DNA of 64,000 bases, taken from NCBI RefSeq assembly GCF_963853765.1, contig NC_088856.1, forward strand, positions 1,612,001-1,676,000, read 5' to 3'. The translations under genes were made by a program, and so were the position numbers. Shown here piece by piece: positions 12,620 to 24,337 of this stretch (position 1 is the first letter of the stretch; the number at the start of each line of letters is the position of its first letter). The notes beneath the pieces are model-generated. The model saw nothing but the letters and a program-made list of their open reading frames with translations. It was not told where the DNA came from and made no database searches. The stretch comes from Magallana gigas. Lineage: Eukaryota.

Positions 12620-14172
12620 TTTGTCAATATATCTCAAGTAGCTGTATGTATTAATTGAAGATAAATGCCAGTCTTGGTAAAATCAACATTCCTTCAAGTC
12701 ATCCACATAATATTACGACACCATTTCTCAGATATCTCTCTGAATGTAGTCAGCTATTTGTGCATTTTGTTACAAATATCTTTATTTTTCGGCGGTTTTG
12801 TAAATATATCTCAAGTAGATAAATATATAGATTGAAGATATATGCCAGACATGCTAATATCAACATTCCTTCAAGTCAACCACATAATATTACGACACCA
12901 TTACTCAGATATCTCTCTGAATGTAGTCAGATACTTGTGCATTTTGTTACAAATATCTCTATTTTTTGGCGGTTTTGTCAATATATCTCAAGTAGCTGTA
13001 TATTTAAATTGATGATATATGCCAAACATTCTGTTATCAACATTCCGTCAAGTCATCCACATGATATTACGACACAATTACTCAGATATCTCTCAATATG
13101 TAGTCATCTACTTGTACATTTTGTTGCAAATATCTTTATTTTTTGGCGGTTTTGTCAATATATCTCAAGAAGCTGTAAATTTGAAATTGAAGACATATGC
13201 CAGACATGCTATTATCAACATTCCCTCAAGTCATCCACATAATATTACGACTCAGGTACTTAGATATCTCTCTTAATGTAGTCAGCTACTTGTGCATTTT
13301 GTTACAAATATCTTCATCTTTTTGTAGTTTTGGCAATATATCTCAAGTAGCTGTATCTATAAATTGAAGATACATGCCAGTCTTGCTAATATCAACATTC
13401 CTTCAAGTCATCCACATAATATTATGACACAATTACTCAGATATCTCTCTTTATGTAGTCAGCTACTTGTGCATTTCGTTACAAATATCTTTATTATTTG
13501 GCGGTTTTGTCAATACAGTCAATTTTTTCATATCTATTACAATTTAATGCTATGCTATGGTATGCAATTTTAGTGATATGCTATGAGATTTTAAATCAAT
13601 GCTATGAGATTTGGATGCTATGCTATGAGAAATTGAAATGAAGGACATGCTATGGTACGCTATGATATTTGAACAAAAACGCCTCCATACACAGAAGAGT
13701 TTTGCACATATGGAAGTAAAATGATAAATGCGAAAGTTAATCATTTATCCGCAATGTGAGCATTTATTCCTCCAAAGAACAACATTTATTACCGAGTTAA
13801 AATCATGTTGTATGGTATGCTATGGTATGCTATGACAAATGAGATTATATGCTATGGTATGAGATTCCAATGCTATGCTTTGGGATTCAATGCTATGCTA
13901 TGAGATTTCAATGCTTTGCCATGAGATTTCAATGCTATGCTATGCTATGGTGTATGTTGTAAAAGATATGCTTGAACTGACTGTATAACTCAAGTAGCTA
14001 AATATATAGATTAAAGATATATGCCAGACGTGCTTATATCAACATTCCGTCAAGTCATCCGCATAACATTACGACACTATCACTAAGATATCTCTCTTTA
14101 TGTAGTCTGGTACTTGTGCATTTTGTTACAAATATCTTTATTTTTTGGCGGTTTTGTCAATATATCTCAAGA
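12620..14172. repeat. Satellite-like tandem array, ~177-bp monomer, about 6 copies, interrupted by a MITE
   Basis: The marker atctcaag recurs at 12631, 12808, 12985, 13162 and 13340, and the array resumes after 13984. The ORF-track ORFs here are repeat translations. Confidence 0.9.
13516..13983. mobile_element. TA-flanked MITE with internal (ATGCT)n repeats
   Basis: ta|cagtcaattttttcatatc ... gatatgcttgaactgactg|ta; inserted within a satellite monomer. Confidence 0.7.
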
Positions 14173-14179
14173 TGTATTT

Positions 14180-15372
14180 TTTCAAGGATGTCAAATGGAC
14201 TATTTTTCAACCCACAGACATCTTGGTTTACTTTTTTCTAATGATTTAGGTTGGTTTCAATATATTTATAATATAGTAAACAGTGCATACAAAAAATTAG
14301 GACTTTTGAAAAAACTATATTTTACTCTAGGTAGAACTAATTTATCAATAATGTATATCACGTTTATTAGACCAGTTCTTGAATATAATATGCTTCTGTA
14401 GTATGGGACGGTTGCAATATGTTTGACATGGAGAGATTAGAAAAAGTTCAATTAAGTGCTGCATGGATTGTTACTGGTTTACCCATTTTAGCATCTACAG
14501 AATCTCTCTCACAGAAACTGGCTGGGAACCTATAGCCAGTCGACGAAATAAGGCTAAATTAATAACCATGTTTAAAATTCATACAAATCAAGTACCCGAG
14601 TACTTGAGCAACATTATTCCTCCTGTAACATAAAATAACTCAATATATCACGCAAGAAATAGCGAAAATTATAGTGTTCCAATCAGCAGATTAGAACTTT
14701 ACAAAAAAATCTTTTGTACCTGACACCATTCGGAAATTAGAAGTAACGTCTCTCAACATATTCAAGAAAAACATTACTGAAAGTATTCCTCAACCTCCAA
14801 AATATTATTCTTTTGGTAAGTGCACTATTAATACTTTACGTACCAAGTTGAGACACAACTGTATTTTGAATTAAGATTTGTATAGAAGAAACATTATTGA
14901 ATCATCCAATTGTAATTGTGGTCAAAAAGGGGAGGTTTATCACTTTTTTCTTTGTATGCAAGAATTATGTAAATGCTACAAACAATCTTTTTGAATTACT
15001 TTTTAATAGGCTTGAAGAAACAATTTCAATTAACTCACATTTGCCTCTTTGGGGTAGTGACAATTGTCTTAAAATACAAACTGCTTTATTTTTTCAGCAG
15101 TTCAAAAGTTCATTAAAGAGCCTGGAAGTGCCTTTTTGCTTTTGCTCTTTATACTGTATATTAACGTTATATACTATATATTTGCAAGTACTTTGTAAAT
15201 GCATGTCTATGAATTTAATAATCATAAAGTCAATAGCTATAAGTAACATGTAATAATACTATGTCAATTGTATACATTGTATGTATTATCATTAGGAGAG
15301 GAACTTGTAAGTTGTAAGAACTTTGTTTCCGATCCTTGTGTGTTATTTACACAATAAAATATGTTCAAATCA
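14180..15372 (+). mobile_element. 5'-truncated, degenerate non-LTR retrotransposon (CR1/L2-like) 3' end
   Basis: HRHLGLLFSNDLGW...NSAYKKLGLLKKL...MYITFIRPVLEY resembles the region after the RT core of CR1/L2-type LINEs. Multiple frameshifts; ends in AATAAA followed by ttcaaatcaaatc. Confidence 0.75.
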
Positions 15373-15596
15373 AATCATTCCTTATTCGCGGGTTCATTTA
15401 TGGCAAGCTCCTAAAAAAGTGGAGGGGAGGGGGGGGGGGGGGGGCAAATCCATGAAATTTCCATTCCATTCCATATAAAGTTAAGAAAAGTACCAGCTGC
15501 CAAAAAGAGGGGAGGGGGAAACACCCCACTTTTTAAATCGCTTTCTTTCTTTCGTTTTTTCTTTTTTTACTCATAGTGTCAATATTATTGACTCTA

Positions 15597-15772
15597 TATT
15601 ATTTAAGCATCGAATCATTGTTTTTTGAAAGATATAGTCTCATAACTGCAGCGATATGTGCATACAAATTGAGTAACGCGCGCTAGCGCGTTATGAAAAG
15701 TTGTTTGCACACACCGCTGCAATTATGAGACTATATCTTTCAAAAAAATAATGATTAAATGCTTATATTTAC
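15597..15772. mobile_element. Palindromic foldback MITE
   Basis: Imperfect inverted arms (...ttttgaaagatatagtctcataactgcagcg / cgctgcaattatgagactatatctttcaaaa...) centred on cgcgctagcgcg. Confidence 0.7.
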
Positions 15773-15984
15773 ATTTTTTTTAACTTCTTGCCTTGTCTGC
15801 AAATGTCATTTATAGGTCAACATTTATGTTATATCCTAAGGGTAAGTTCATATTAATGGAAGAGCCACTGTAACAGCCACAAACGTGAACTTTGATTATC
15901 GTTTGTGACGTTGCATTTTACAGCGTTCAACGTTTGTGACGTCATAATGAAACTAGTCAATCTAACCTTTGAGTACCCTGTGTG

Positions 15985-18900
15985 CAGTGGCGTAGCGTAC
16001 TATAAGGCAAAAAGGCAATTGCCTACACATAATTTTGTAAAGCAAAATTTAAAATTTGTGTACAATTTTAAATTTAAAACAAAGCTGACATTAACTTTGA
16101 TTAGTTAAAAAATTATAAAACAAATCGAAAGCAGTAATTGTCATACTTGCACAGGGTCGGTTCTTTAATTAGCATTAGAATTATACTTCCGATTTAATTT
16201 CTTTTAAACTCGAGGGAAAATGCAAAAAATTAACGATTTTTTTCATCCAAAAACTAAATCCTTGGAGAATGAAACTCAGAGTGACAGTCAACCAGTTACC
16301 CAGAGTGCTGGGCCCTCCGAATCTATCAAGATTACAACCCCATACAAAGACCCGTACTCTCTGAAGCCGTTATCCATGACTGATACAGAGAAAGTCGAGT
16401 TTCTAACAGCAAAATGGGAACCCTTTGATGTTTCATTCCCGGCCAAGTATGTATATATTTAGTATATTTATGTTAAAATTCACACGCACTTAGTTTATAA
16501 CTTAACTTTTGACATCAAACGTAAACTGTACATTATCAAAATGGGCGGATCCAGATATTTTTCATGGGAAGGGGTGACTCTCCAGACATAAAACAGTTTT
16601 TTTAAGAAAAGAGGTAGAGTCCTCAACTTCATCTCCCCACTAAATCCGCTCATAGATTTAAACATCGGGAACAATGTCAGTTGTTTAAAAAAAAAATATT
16701 AGATAGGCTTATGATTAATCAAGAATATTTAAAATATCCGTATTAAAAAAAGGAAGATATGTAATGGTTCATTTTTTTTGTTTGCATGTTTCTTAGGCCG
16801 AAATTATATGGGGGGTTTTCCAGAAGGTGTAATCAAATATTAGATTATTTTGAATTTCATAATTAGTACTAAATGAATAGAACAAGTACCGGAAATGTAA
16901 ATTACAAGCAAATTATAAGAACCAAAAACTGTTTTCAATACACCGTCTGATTATGTATATAGAAGATGAACATGAATCGTAAAATTTTAAACGGGGTATT
17001 TTTTTTTCTAGGCAAATTGGCAGTTCCATGAGACGACTAAATAAAGATGTTCTCATTCAGAACTCTTGGATGAGGTATTCAGTTTCTGTAGACGCCGTTT
17101 ACTGTGCGCCTTGCTTTCTTTTTTCCAATGATCCTAAAGAAAAAACGTTTAGTAGAACACCTGTATCTGACTGGAAAAATTTTGGTTCGTTGATATTAAG
17201 GCACACTCGATCTGGATCACCCCATAATCACTGTATGTCCTTGGCAGATCACTTCCTGGCAACCGAACTCCAACAAAAAAAGAGCATCATAGACCAGATC
17301 TCTTCAAAACACCACGAAACTGTCCAGAAAAACAGAGGAATCCTCCGGAAAATAATGAGGGCTATCGCTTTGTGTGGATCGCAAAACATTCCACTTCGAG
17401 GGCATACCCAGGACGACAGTAATTTTTATGCGATTTTGACATTCTTGGCACTAGACGACAAAGACCTAGCAGAACACCTGAGCAATCCCTCCACTGTTAT
17501 GAAATATACTAGTCCCGATATTCAAAATGAAATTGTCATTCTCCTTGGGCAACAGATTAGAAGTAAAATTGTGAATGAATGCAACTCTGTTAAATGCTTT
17601 TCTTTAATTGCAGATGAAGCAACAGACAGGTCCACTGCTGAACAAGTAGCTATCTGCGTTCGGTTTTATTATGAAAATGTCATGAGGGAGGAATTTCTTG
17701 GATTTGTTAAAGCGGAGTCTACAACAGGAGAAGCCCTTGCAGAATTATTTCTTAGGGCACTGCGAGAGTTTGGAATAAGCGTAGAAAATATGGTAGGTCA
17801 GGGATATGATGGCGCGTCAAACATGAGAGGCTGTCGCAAAGGAGTTCAAGCTAGAATTCGAGAACTACATCCAGAGGCAATTTATGTTCACTGTCATGCG
17901 CACTGCTTAAACTTGGCCATTATACATGCATCGAATGAAATGATGATAAGAAACATGATGGACACGGTGCAAGAAATAAACTTTGCATTTTCGTATTCTG
18001 CAAAACGTACACACCAATTCCGAACTAGCTTAGAGGCAACACCACATGAGCTTGAGAAGCGGACAAAGTTGAGGGAGCTATGTGAGACTCGCTGGTCAGC
18101 TAGAGGTGATGCTCTTTACACGTTCCTAGCTAGCTTTGACGTGGTCGTTGATGCTTTATCCAATCTCATCGACGAAGGAGACACGAAAGCCCAATCCCAC
18201 TTGAACAACATGCTTTCGTTTCCTTTTATCATTTGTCTGGTTACGGCAGAACATCTCATCCAGAGCACAACGCAGTTGTCGAAGTTGTTGCAGTTAAAAT
18301 CCATTGATCTGGTCGAAGCAGTTAAGGAGGCTAATGTTGTCAAAGAGCTCCTACAATCTGAAAGGAATGATGATACCGTGTGGGATGAGTTGTATGCGAA
18401 GGCTGAAGCTATTGCTAATAAGCATGATGTAGTAATACAGAGTCCACGTAATGCCCAAAGGCAGCGACACAGGGTTAATGTCCCAGCAGATAATGTTCCC
18501 CAGTACTATAAACGGGCTGTGTTTTATCCGTTCCTTGACCACTTGGTTGCGGAAATCACTGATCGCCTTCTTGTGCCAGAGAATAGATTTCATGCACAGG
18601 CACTGATCCCTTCCAGACTTCAAGAACTCACAAACCAAAAACAAGCTGATATTGCTCAACATTACGGTGTCCATCTTCCGCACTTTAACCAACTGGATGA
18701 AGAAATCAAAAGATGGAAACCAGATGGCAGATGAGTGATGTTAAGCCTGATAACCTTTCAACCACCCTTGAACATACCAATCCTGTCCTCTTTCCAAACA
18801 TCTATAAAGTTTTGCTCATCCTCATTACAATGCCCGTTTCCACAGCTTCTGCTGAACGCTCATTCAGTGCTATGAAGAGAATAAAGTCGTATTTACGGGC

Positions 18901-19554
18901 CACTATGGGACAGGAGAGGTTTTCTGGCCTTGCGCTGATGCATGTCCACAAAACTTTCAATTTTGATTACGACGAAGCCATCAGAACCTTTATTGACGCT
19001 AAAAAGCGCCGAATGATATTACAGTAAACATATGTAATATCAATCGACATTTTTTTTTTGCATGCATGCGATTGCTGTAAACTGTGTCTGGAACCCACGA
19101 AAAGCTAACCAAGAAGTTTTTTTATCACTAAAAACATATTACTCCTAGAAATATATGTACATGTGGCGTATCAGTTATGACTTATAAAGAAGTTGATATA
19201 GGTTGTTGGTTTTGTTTACAAAAACATGCAGAGTATGGTTAATGATACGGTGTATATTTCAATAACGAAACATATACGTTTGGTTTGCTTTTATTTCGAA
19301 ATGAATGTAGTGATTGAGAATAGTAAATAAAATATTTTAAATATACATAATATTCCCTAAAAACACTCATTACTAATTTGTTGAAACTAACAATTTTTTA
19401 CTCTCAAAAGTGGTATTTTTGCGTCCTTTTAAAAACAATTTCTAGGGGGAGGCCCCCCTAACCCCCCCCCCCCCCGGCGGGAGGGGGGTACCCCCTCCCG
19501 CACCTACCCCCTTCCGCGCTTCGCGCGTCATATTTGGGTCACGCTACGCCGCTG
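15985..19554 (+). mobile_element. hAT-superfamily DNA transposon (3.57 kb) in intron 1 of cGLR copy 2, antisense to the host
   Basis: 14-bp TIRs CAGTGGCGTAGCGT / ACGCTACGCCGCTG (1 mismatch), a GC-rich subterminal region and an internal transposase. The 8-bp TSD is not clean (cctgtgtg vs gtgtgtgt). Confidence 0.92.
16220..19027 (+). CDS. hAT transposase (ZMYM1-like; DUF4371 + hAT dimerisation domain), two exons, one 1-bp frameshift
   Basis: Exon 1 is 16220-16446, the GT-AG intron is 16447-17011 and exon 2 is 17012-19027 (junction FPAK/QIGSSMRRLN). DDE/RW signatures LIADEATD, GYDGASNM, CHAHCLNL, TRWSAR and SAERSFS. One A is missing in tggaaa(a)cc at ~18718; restoring it gives 747 aa. Confidence 0.9.
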
Positions 19555-20306
19555 GTGTGTGTTACAGACTTATAACTGCAGTATCTTTTCACACACTTTA
19601 CATGCAAAAAATATTTGGAATGTACAAATATAATGTTGTATCATGTATTATGTATAATTATTATGTATAACTTTCTTTAAATGTAATTACGATTAAGATT
19701 AAGTGCAAATCACACAATTTTGTACCCATATACCATTGTATATAAATTGTTTGAGTGAATAATGGTCAATTCATGTACATACAGCTGTCAAGATGGTATT
19801 AGATGTTATAACTTAGGGTTGCTTTACACAATTTACTAAAAAATGTCAATTACAACGGGTACTGCAAGAAATTAAACTTTTATTTTGCATAAGTTTAATT
19901 TTTTATTCTGCTGCTCATTTACACATAGAATATATCTTAAGCTGAAGTCTATGTATATATAACCTGCTTGTCATTTTCGATTGCTTTTTATTTAAGATAA
20001 ATGAGATTAGATAAATCGGATAAAATATTAACTTCACGGATAGTTCAACAACAACTAATTCCCGGTTTATATACAAAATGACAAATTTATACAAGGATGT
20101 CACAGAAAAAAACGGCTTTATTAGTCTATCTTTTTCAAACCCCGAGTGTACCTGTACTGTTTGGGTCGCAAACTCTCTTGTTCGGTATTTTATTCAATAC
20201 AATGGAACTACGACCAAAAAGATGTAGGAGCAACTAGTACTGTCAGATTTTTATTTATGTACCTGGTAACTACATATCATTGAAAACCTTAGGCTATTTT
20301 AAGCAT

Positions 20307-20316
20307 GGGAATTTCC
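20307..20316. promoter_or_regulatory. NF-kB/Rel consensus site in cGLR2 intron 1
   Basis: GGGAATTTCC, at the position homologous to 3531. Confidence 0.5.
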
Positions 20317-20728
20317 CTTTTACGGGTATTGATCAACTTTCATTTTGTTTTAACTTCCACTCAAATCTTGTGACTATAGTCAGGAACATAGTGCAATATT
20401 GTAAAAGTGAACTATTTATTATAAAAAGAAATATTTGAAACGTCGGGTGCCACCTGTGTCATATCATTGAAAACTTTATTTGAAAAATAATTCTATACTG
20501 TTCAGGCTAATCTATTCTGTCTATATTTCATATATTATTTATTTATTATATTAATTCTTATTCAAAAAATATTCTATTTTTTTTTCTAATCTATTCTACC
20601 TGTCTACATTTGAAATATAATATAAGATTTTATACACTTACATTCCTTGGTGGAGAGACTCCATTTTAAGGTGAACAATGTTTATGCTATTTATAGACTG
20701 GTAATTTTCAATTTCATACATTGTACCC

Positions 20729-20828
20729 GAGGCGTATTCAACAGAGCGAGTTCTCTTAAGCGCTCGCCAAAAATCCCTTCACCCGTAACACAAATTTTGG
20801 CGAGCACTCGCTTTGCTGAACACGCCTC
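20729..20828. repeat. Stem-loop (23-bp imperfect arms) about 65 bp upstream of the cGLR2 start codon; homologues at 3924-4011 and ~28234 (truncated)
   Basis: gaggcgtattcaacagagcgagt ... actcgctttgctgaacacgcctc, with an inner gctcgccaaaa/ttttggcgagc stem. Confidence 0.7.
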
Positions 20829-22877
20829 TTTACCCTCTACACTTTAACTTCGACTGGGGTTGTCTCTATTGACTCAGTCAGAAATAGATTTCATTAAATA
20901 TGTTATTTTTATTAAAGCTAAAAACAGCAATTATTTTATAACTTTTTAATTAAAATTAAACAGTTAGAGATAGTCAAATAAAAAAAAATTTCAGGCGCCC
21001 CAACGGCTTTAAACGTTACATTTATAAACTTCAAAAATATTTCACATAAATTTGACTCAAAGAAATCTCGAATAATGAAGATTAATGGCTTCAGTTTAAT
21101 CAAAATAGAGATATTTTAACAGAACAAAATTGGTTTACTTGTTCGTTGCTATGTTTCAAAATTATTGCTTTTTAATACTCATAAATGATGCAAAATACTT
21201 CTGTTTAATGTTATTTTTTAATTTTTTTTATTTAATAATTGTTAAGACTAGAGCAGGAATTTTAATTTCTTTTAAAGTGATAAATTTGCAAGATACATTT
21301 TTAAAAAGTATTTATTCTTCAGCAATTCTTCGGCTTTTTCACGACGTCAAAAAATAAATCATTCAATACTGATATTTACATTCCCTTACTGATGAAATCA
21401 ATTACCGTTATTTACTTAGATAAATCAATACCAATTGCAGATCACAGAGGGAGTAAATAAGTAACAGCAAGAACAGCTGTTTTATAAAAGCGGTTTAAAC
21501 TGGTTATCACATAGACTGTTGAGTTGAGATCGATGAGCATGAAAATACATGTACATGTATAATCCATGGAAAATAACTCTTCAAATGAAATCAACTTTTT
21601 GTTGAATAATTGTAAAAACATAGTGTTTTGACAATATGTATGAAATATATTTTTTAACCGACAACATAGAGATCGATATCACTGTTTGAGAACTACTTAT
21701 TATATGTAATTTACTTGTAAATTTATATGCAGTGATAAGTTGTTGCATTTAGAGGCATTTTTAAACATCACAAAATTAAAGATCACAGAATTTAATGGAA
21801 ATGTAAATATCACATTTTGTGTATCAGATAACAGATGCAAATATTTTTCAAGTTTGAAAACACAGCTGAAAACGGACAAATATGAGATGATAATACAATT
21901 ATAACAAATTTTTAAGACATTCCATTGGATGGAAAACAATTTGTACATGTCATTACTTATTCTAACATTGATCTTATATTTTTTATATATAAAGAACAGT
22001 TGATCTTTTGACATGATATACCTTCCCCAAGTACTATATGGCTGTATTTGTGAGTCTGACTCTGAATACTTCAGATAGAACAGGATTAAGGTACAAGTTG
22101 TCGTGTATGAATGGTTTGACTGACTAGATGATTAAAGGCTTTTGTTCTTTTTTATTCCCAGGGATTACCATGCAGATTTCAAGGAAGAATTTGCTGCCCA
22201 GCGAGCTGCTCGAGGCAAAGGTCGAAAGAAACCGGACTCAAAGACAAAAGAATAACTGTGTAGCATAATCTGTCTAGTAAACTGGTAATATGGTCTGTGT
22301 TGAGAAGGATTCTTTGTTATAATGTGATAATTAGAAGCTTGTTTCATGTAGCCCTCTGCTTATCCTTTTGAACATTTTGATTGTAAAATAAAGGAGATCT
22401 ATATAACTTAATACGTTACCAGTACTGGAGTTGTTATTCAAGCCTTTGATCTCAAGATAATTTGTGATGACAATTTTGGATCTAGAAATCATTTTACAAA
22501 GGGTATCAGTCTTTGAGGCGGAATTTCTGACAAAGATAAGACTAGAATCACGTTTTTCTTATCAAATTATTAGATGAAAAATGAAAATATTAACTTTTAA
22601 CATAGGAATATATAAAGAAAAATGCTGGAACTTGTGTGAAAACACAGGCTGTGCAGATTCCAAAACATTATTCCCTTGAGAAAAACGGGATCACAAGAGG
22701 GGAGTGGGGGTTAAAAAAGTGGAGAAAAGTTTTCTCTTAAATACTAACACAACAAAAGGGGCTTCATGTTTACCATAGTATTATGTGGATAAATATTTTA
22801 ACTGTTTGTGCAAGATAGACTATTAAAGTTTCAAGATATTTTGAATTTGATACTGTAATGCTTATTTGATCGGCTAT

Positions 22878-23060
22878 TGTTATACCCCTGTAAAACAGTT
22901 ACTATATAACTCTATACGAAAAAAAGTCCAGCATTTCGACTGTTGGACTAAAACTGTTGGATTTGAACTGTTAAAATCGACTAGTACTGTTAAAAAAGAC
23001 TGTTGATTGGTGACGTCATATTCCGCGAAAACGAGTTATTAAATTAGTAGGGGTATAACA
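22878..23060. mobile_element. Small element with 12-bp terminal inverted repeats
   Basis: tgttatacccct ... aggggtataaca; followed by another imperfect palindrome at ~23070-23190. Confidence 0.5.
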
Positions 23061-24337
23061 AAACAGTGTCTCAGGCAACAGTTGATCTATCGCACCGGCT
23101 CGCAAACTGTTGCCCGCGACCTTCAGCCTTGCATGGGCAACAATTTGCAAGCCGGTCAGACAGATCAACTATTGCCCTTGAACCCAGTCAACAACTGTAT
23201 ATTATTGCTCAGGTGAGCAATATGGCTCTTTGGCCTCTTGTTTTAGTTATAAAACTAGCAATCAGTTTGTAGAAAAAATATTCACAATCGGCGTCCATTT
23301 ATCAACATTAAATCATTTTTATTGTTTATATAGACCTCACTTTCTCCTTTTCTCTAATTTTTTTTCTACTTTTTTATATTAAAGAAGTGGGATAACTTCG
23401 CTGTTTTTGTCCATCAATGCATTACATAGAAGAACTATATGTGAAAGTCACAGGCACCTGGTGTTGTATATTTTTCTCATAATAAAAATATACACATTGT
23501 TTTTGTGTATACATGTACATATATGTACCCTATATCTAATAATACATTATACAATGTAGATATAGGATATAAGCCTATATTTTAGTTTTGAGAAAAATAG
23601 ATAACGTCAGGTGTCTGTGGTGAAGGTTACCATGTACATGTACATTTAAGTATAATATTTGGAAGTCAGAGGACAGTTCATGTGGTCTGTGCAAAAGTTT
23701 TATTCATCATCAAAAATATTTTTAGAAAGACAACAACAAATGATTTTACAATATTTATTTTAGGTGTTAGAGTTGACATTACATGTAACAATGCATTTGA
23801 AACTTAAGGTTTGTACATTCGAAAGCAAACAAACCGATTAAAACTACATGTACCGGTAGTTAAGAACTAATTTTTCATCGTTGGCAAAAAAACAAAACAA
23901 ATAAAATAAAGTGGATTTTTAAAGAATGACGATGATTCTTTTAATATGTAGATATTATGTTATAAATACATATACCGGTAATACAATGGGAATCACTATA
24001 TTATTTATAGATTTTTGTTAAGTACATGTATTGCAACAAAAACATGAAAAAAAAATTGAGGATCACTGAAATAATTCTGAATAACTTTTCAATGTGAACT
24101 TATGATTAAAATAATTTGTTGAGTTGGGTATTGTTTAATTACCATAAGCACATGTACAATAATAGTAGCAACATATCTTGATATTAAACCACTTTGCACT
24201 GATCAAATATAAATATTGATGTTTCTAGTAATGTTAATCTGGAGATGTCCCCCTGAACATGATTATTTTTCTGTGTGGAAATTACTCATACCCAGCATAA
24301 ATTTGTTCTTATTTTCCAATCAAGACATAGTGTTTAT

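Larger units (their letters stand above)
8632..20664 (-). pseudogene. cGLR array copy 2 (Mab-21 NTase + TPR-like C-terminus), two in-frame nonsense codons
   Basis: Exon 1 is 20664-20642 (MESLHQG-M); exon 2 is 10657-8632. The three ORF-track pieces 10282-10638, 9892-10275 and 8632-9888 are one frame broken by TGA at 10284-10282 (TGT Cys in paralogues) and TAA at 9894-9892 (AAA Lys in copy 3). No frameshift; 683 codons in total. Motifs SGSYTEGFRLIGSDID, EYDNAHCF and C-terminal WGILGICQQITGNLQAALYSYQQSL. Confidence 0.88.

Noticed and set aside
12832-13573. Repetitive ORFs in satellites (also 44863-46003 and 52863-53192)
   Set aside because: Translations of tandem repeats, with stops and frameshifts between monomers.
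18700-18740. Programmed ribosomal frameshift in the hAT transposase
   Set aside because: There is no X XXY YYZ slippery heptamer, and hAT transposases are not known to use one. A 1-bp deletion or homopolymer error explains it.
15977-19562. 8-bp target-site duplication of the hAT element
   Set aside because: The flanks cctgtgtg and gtgtgtgt match only partially in a TG-repeat context, so no TSD is asserted.
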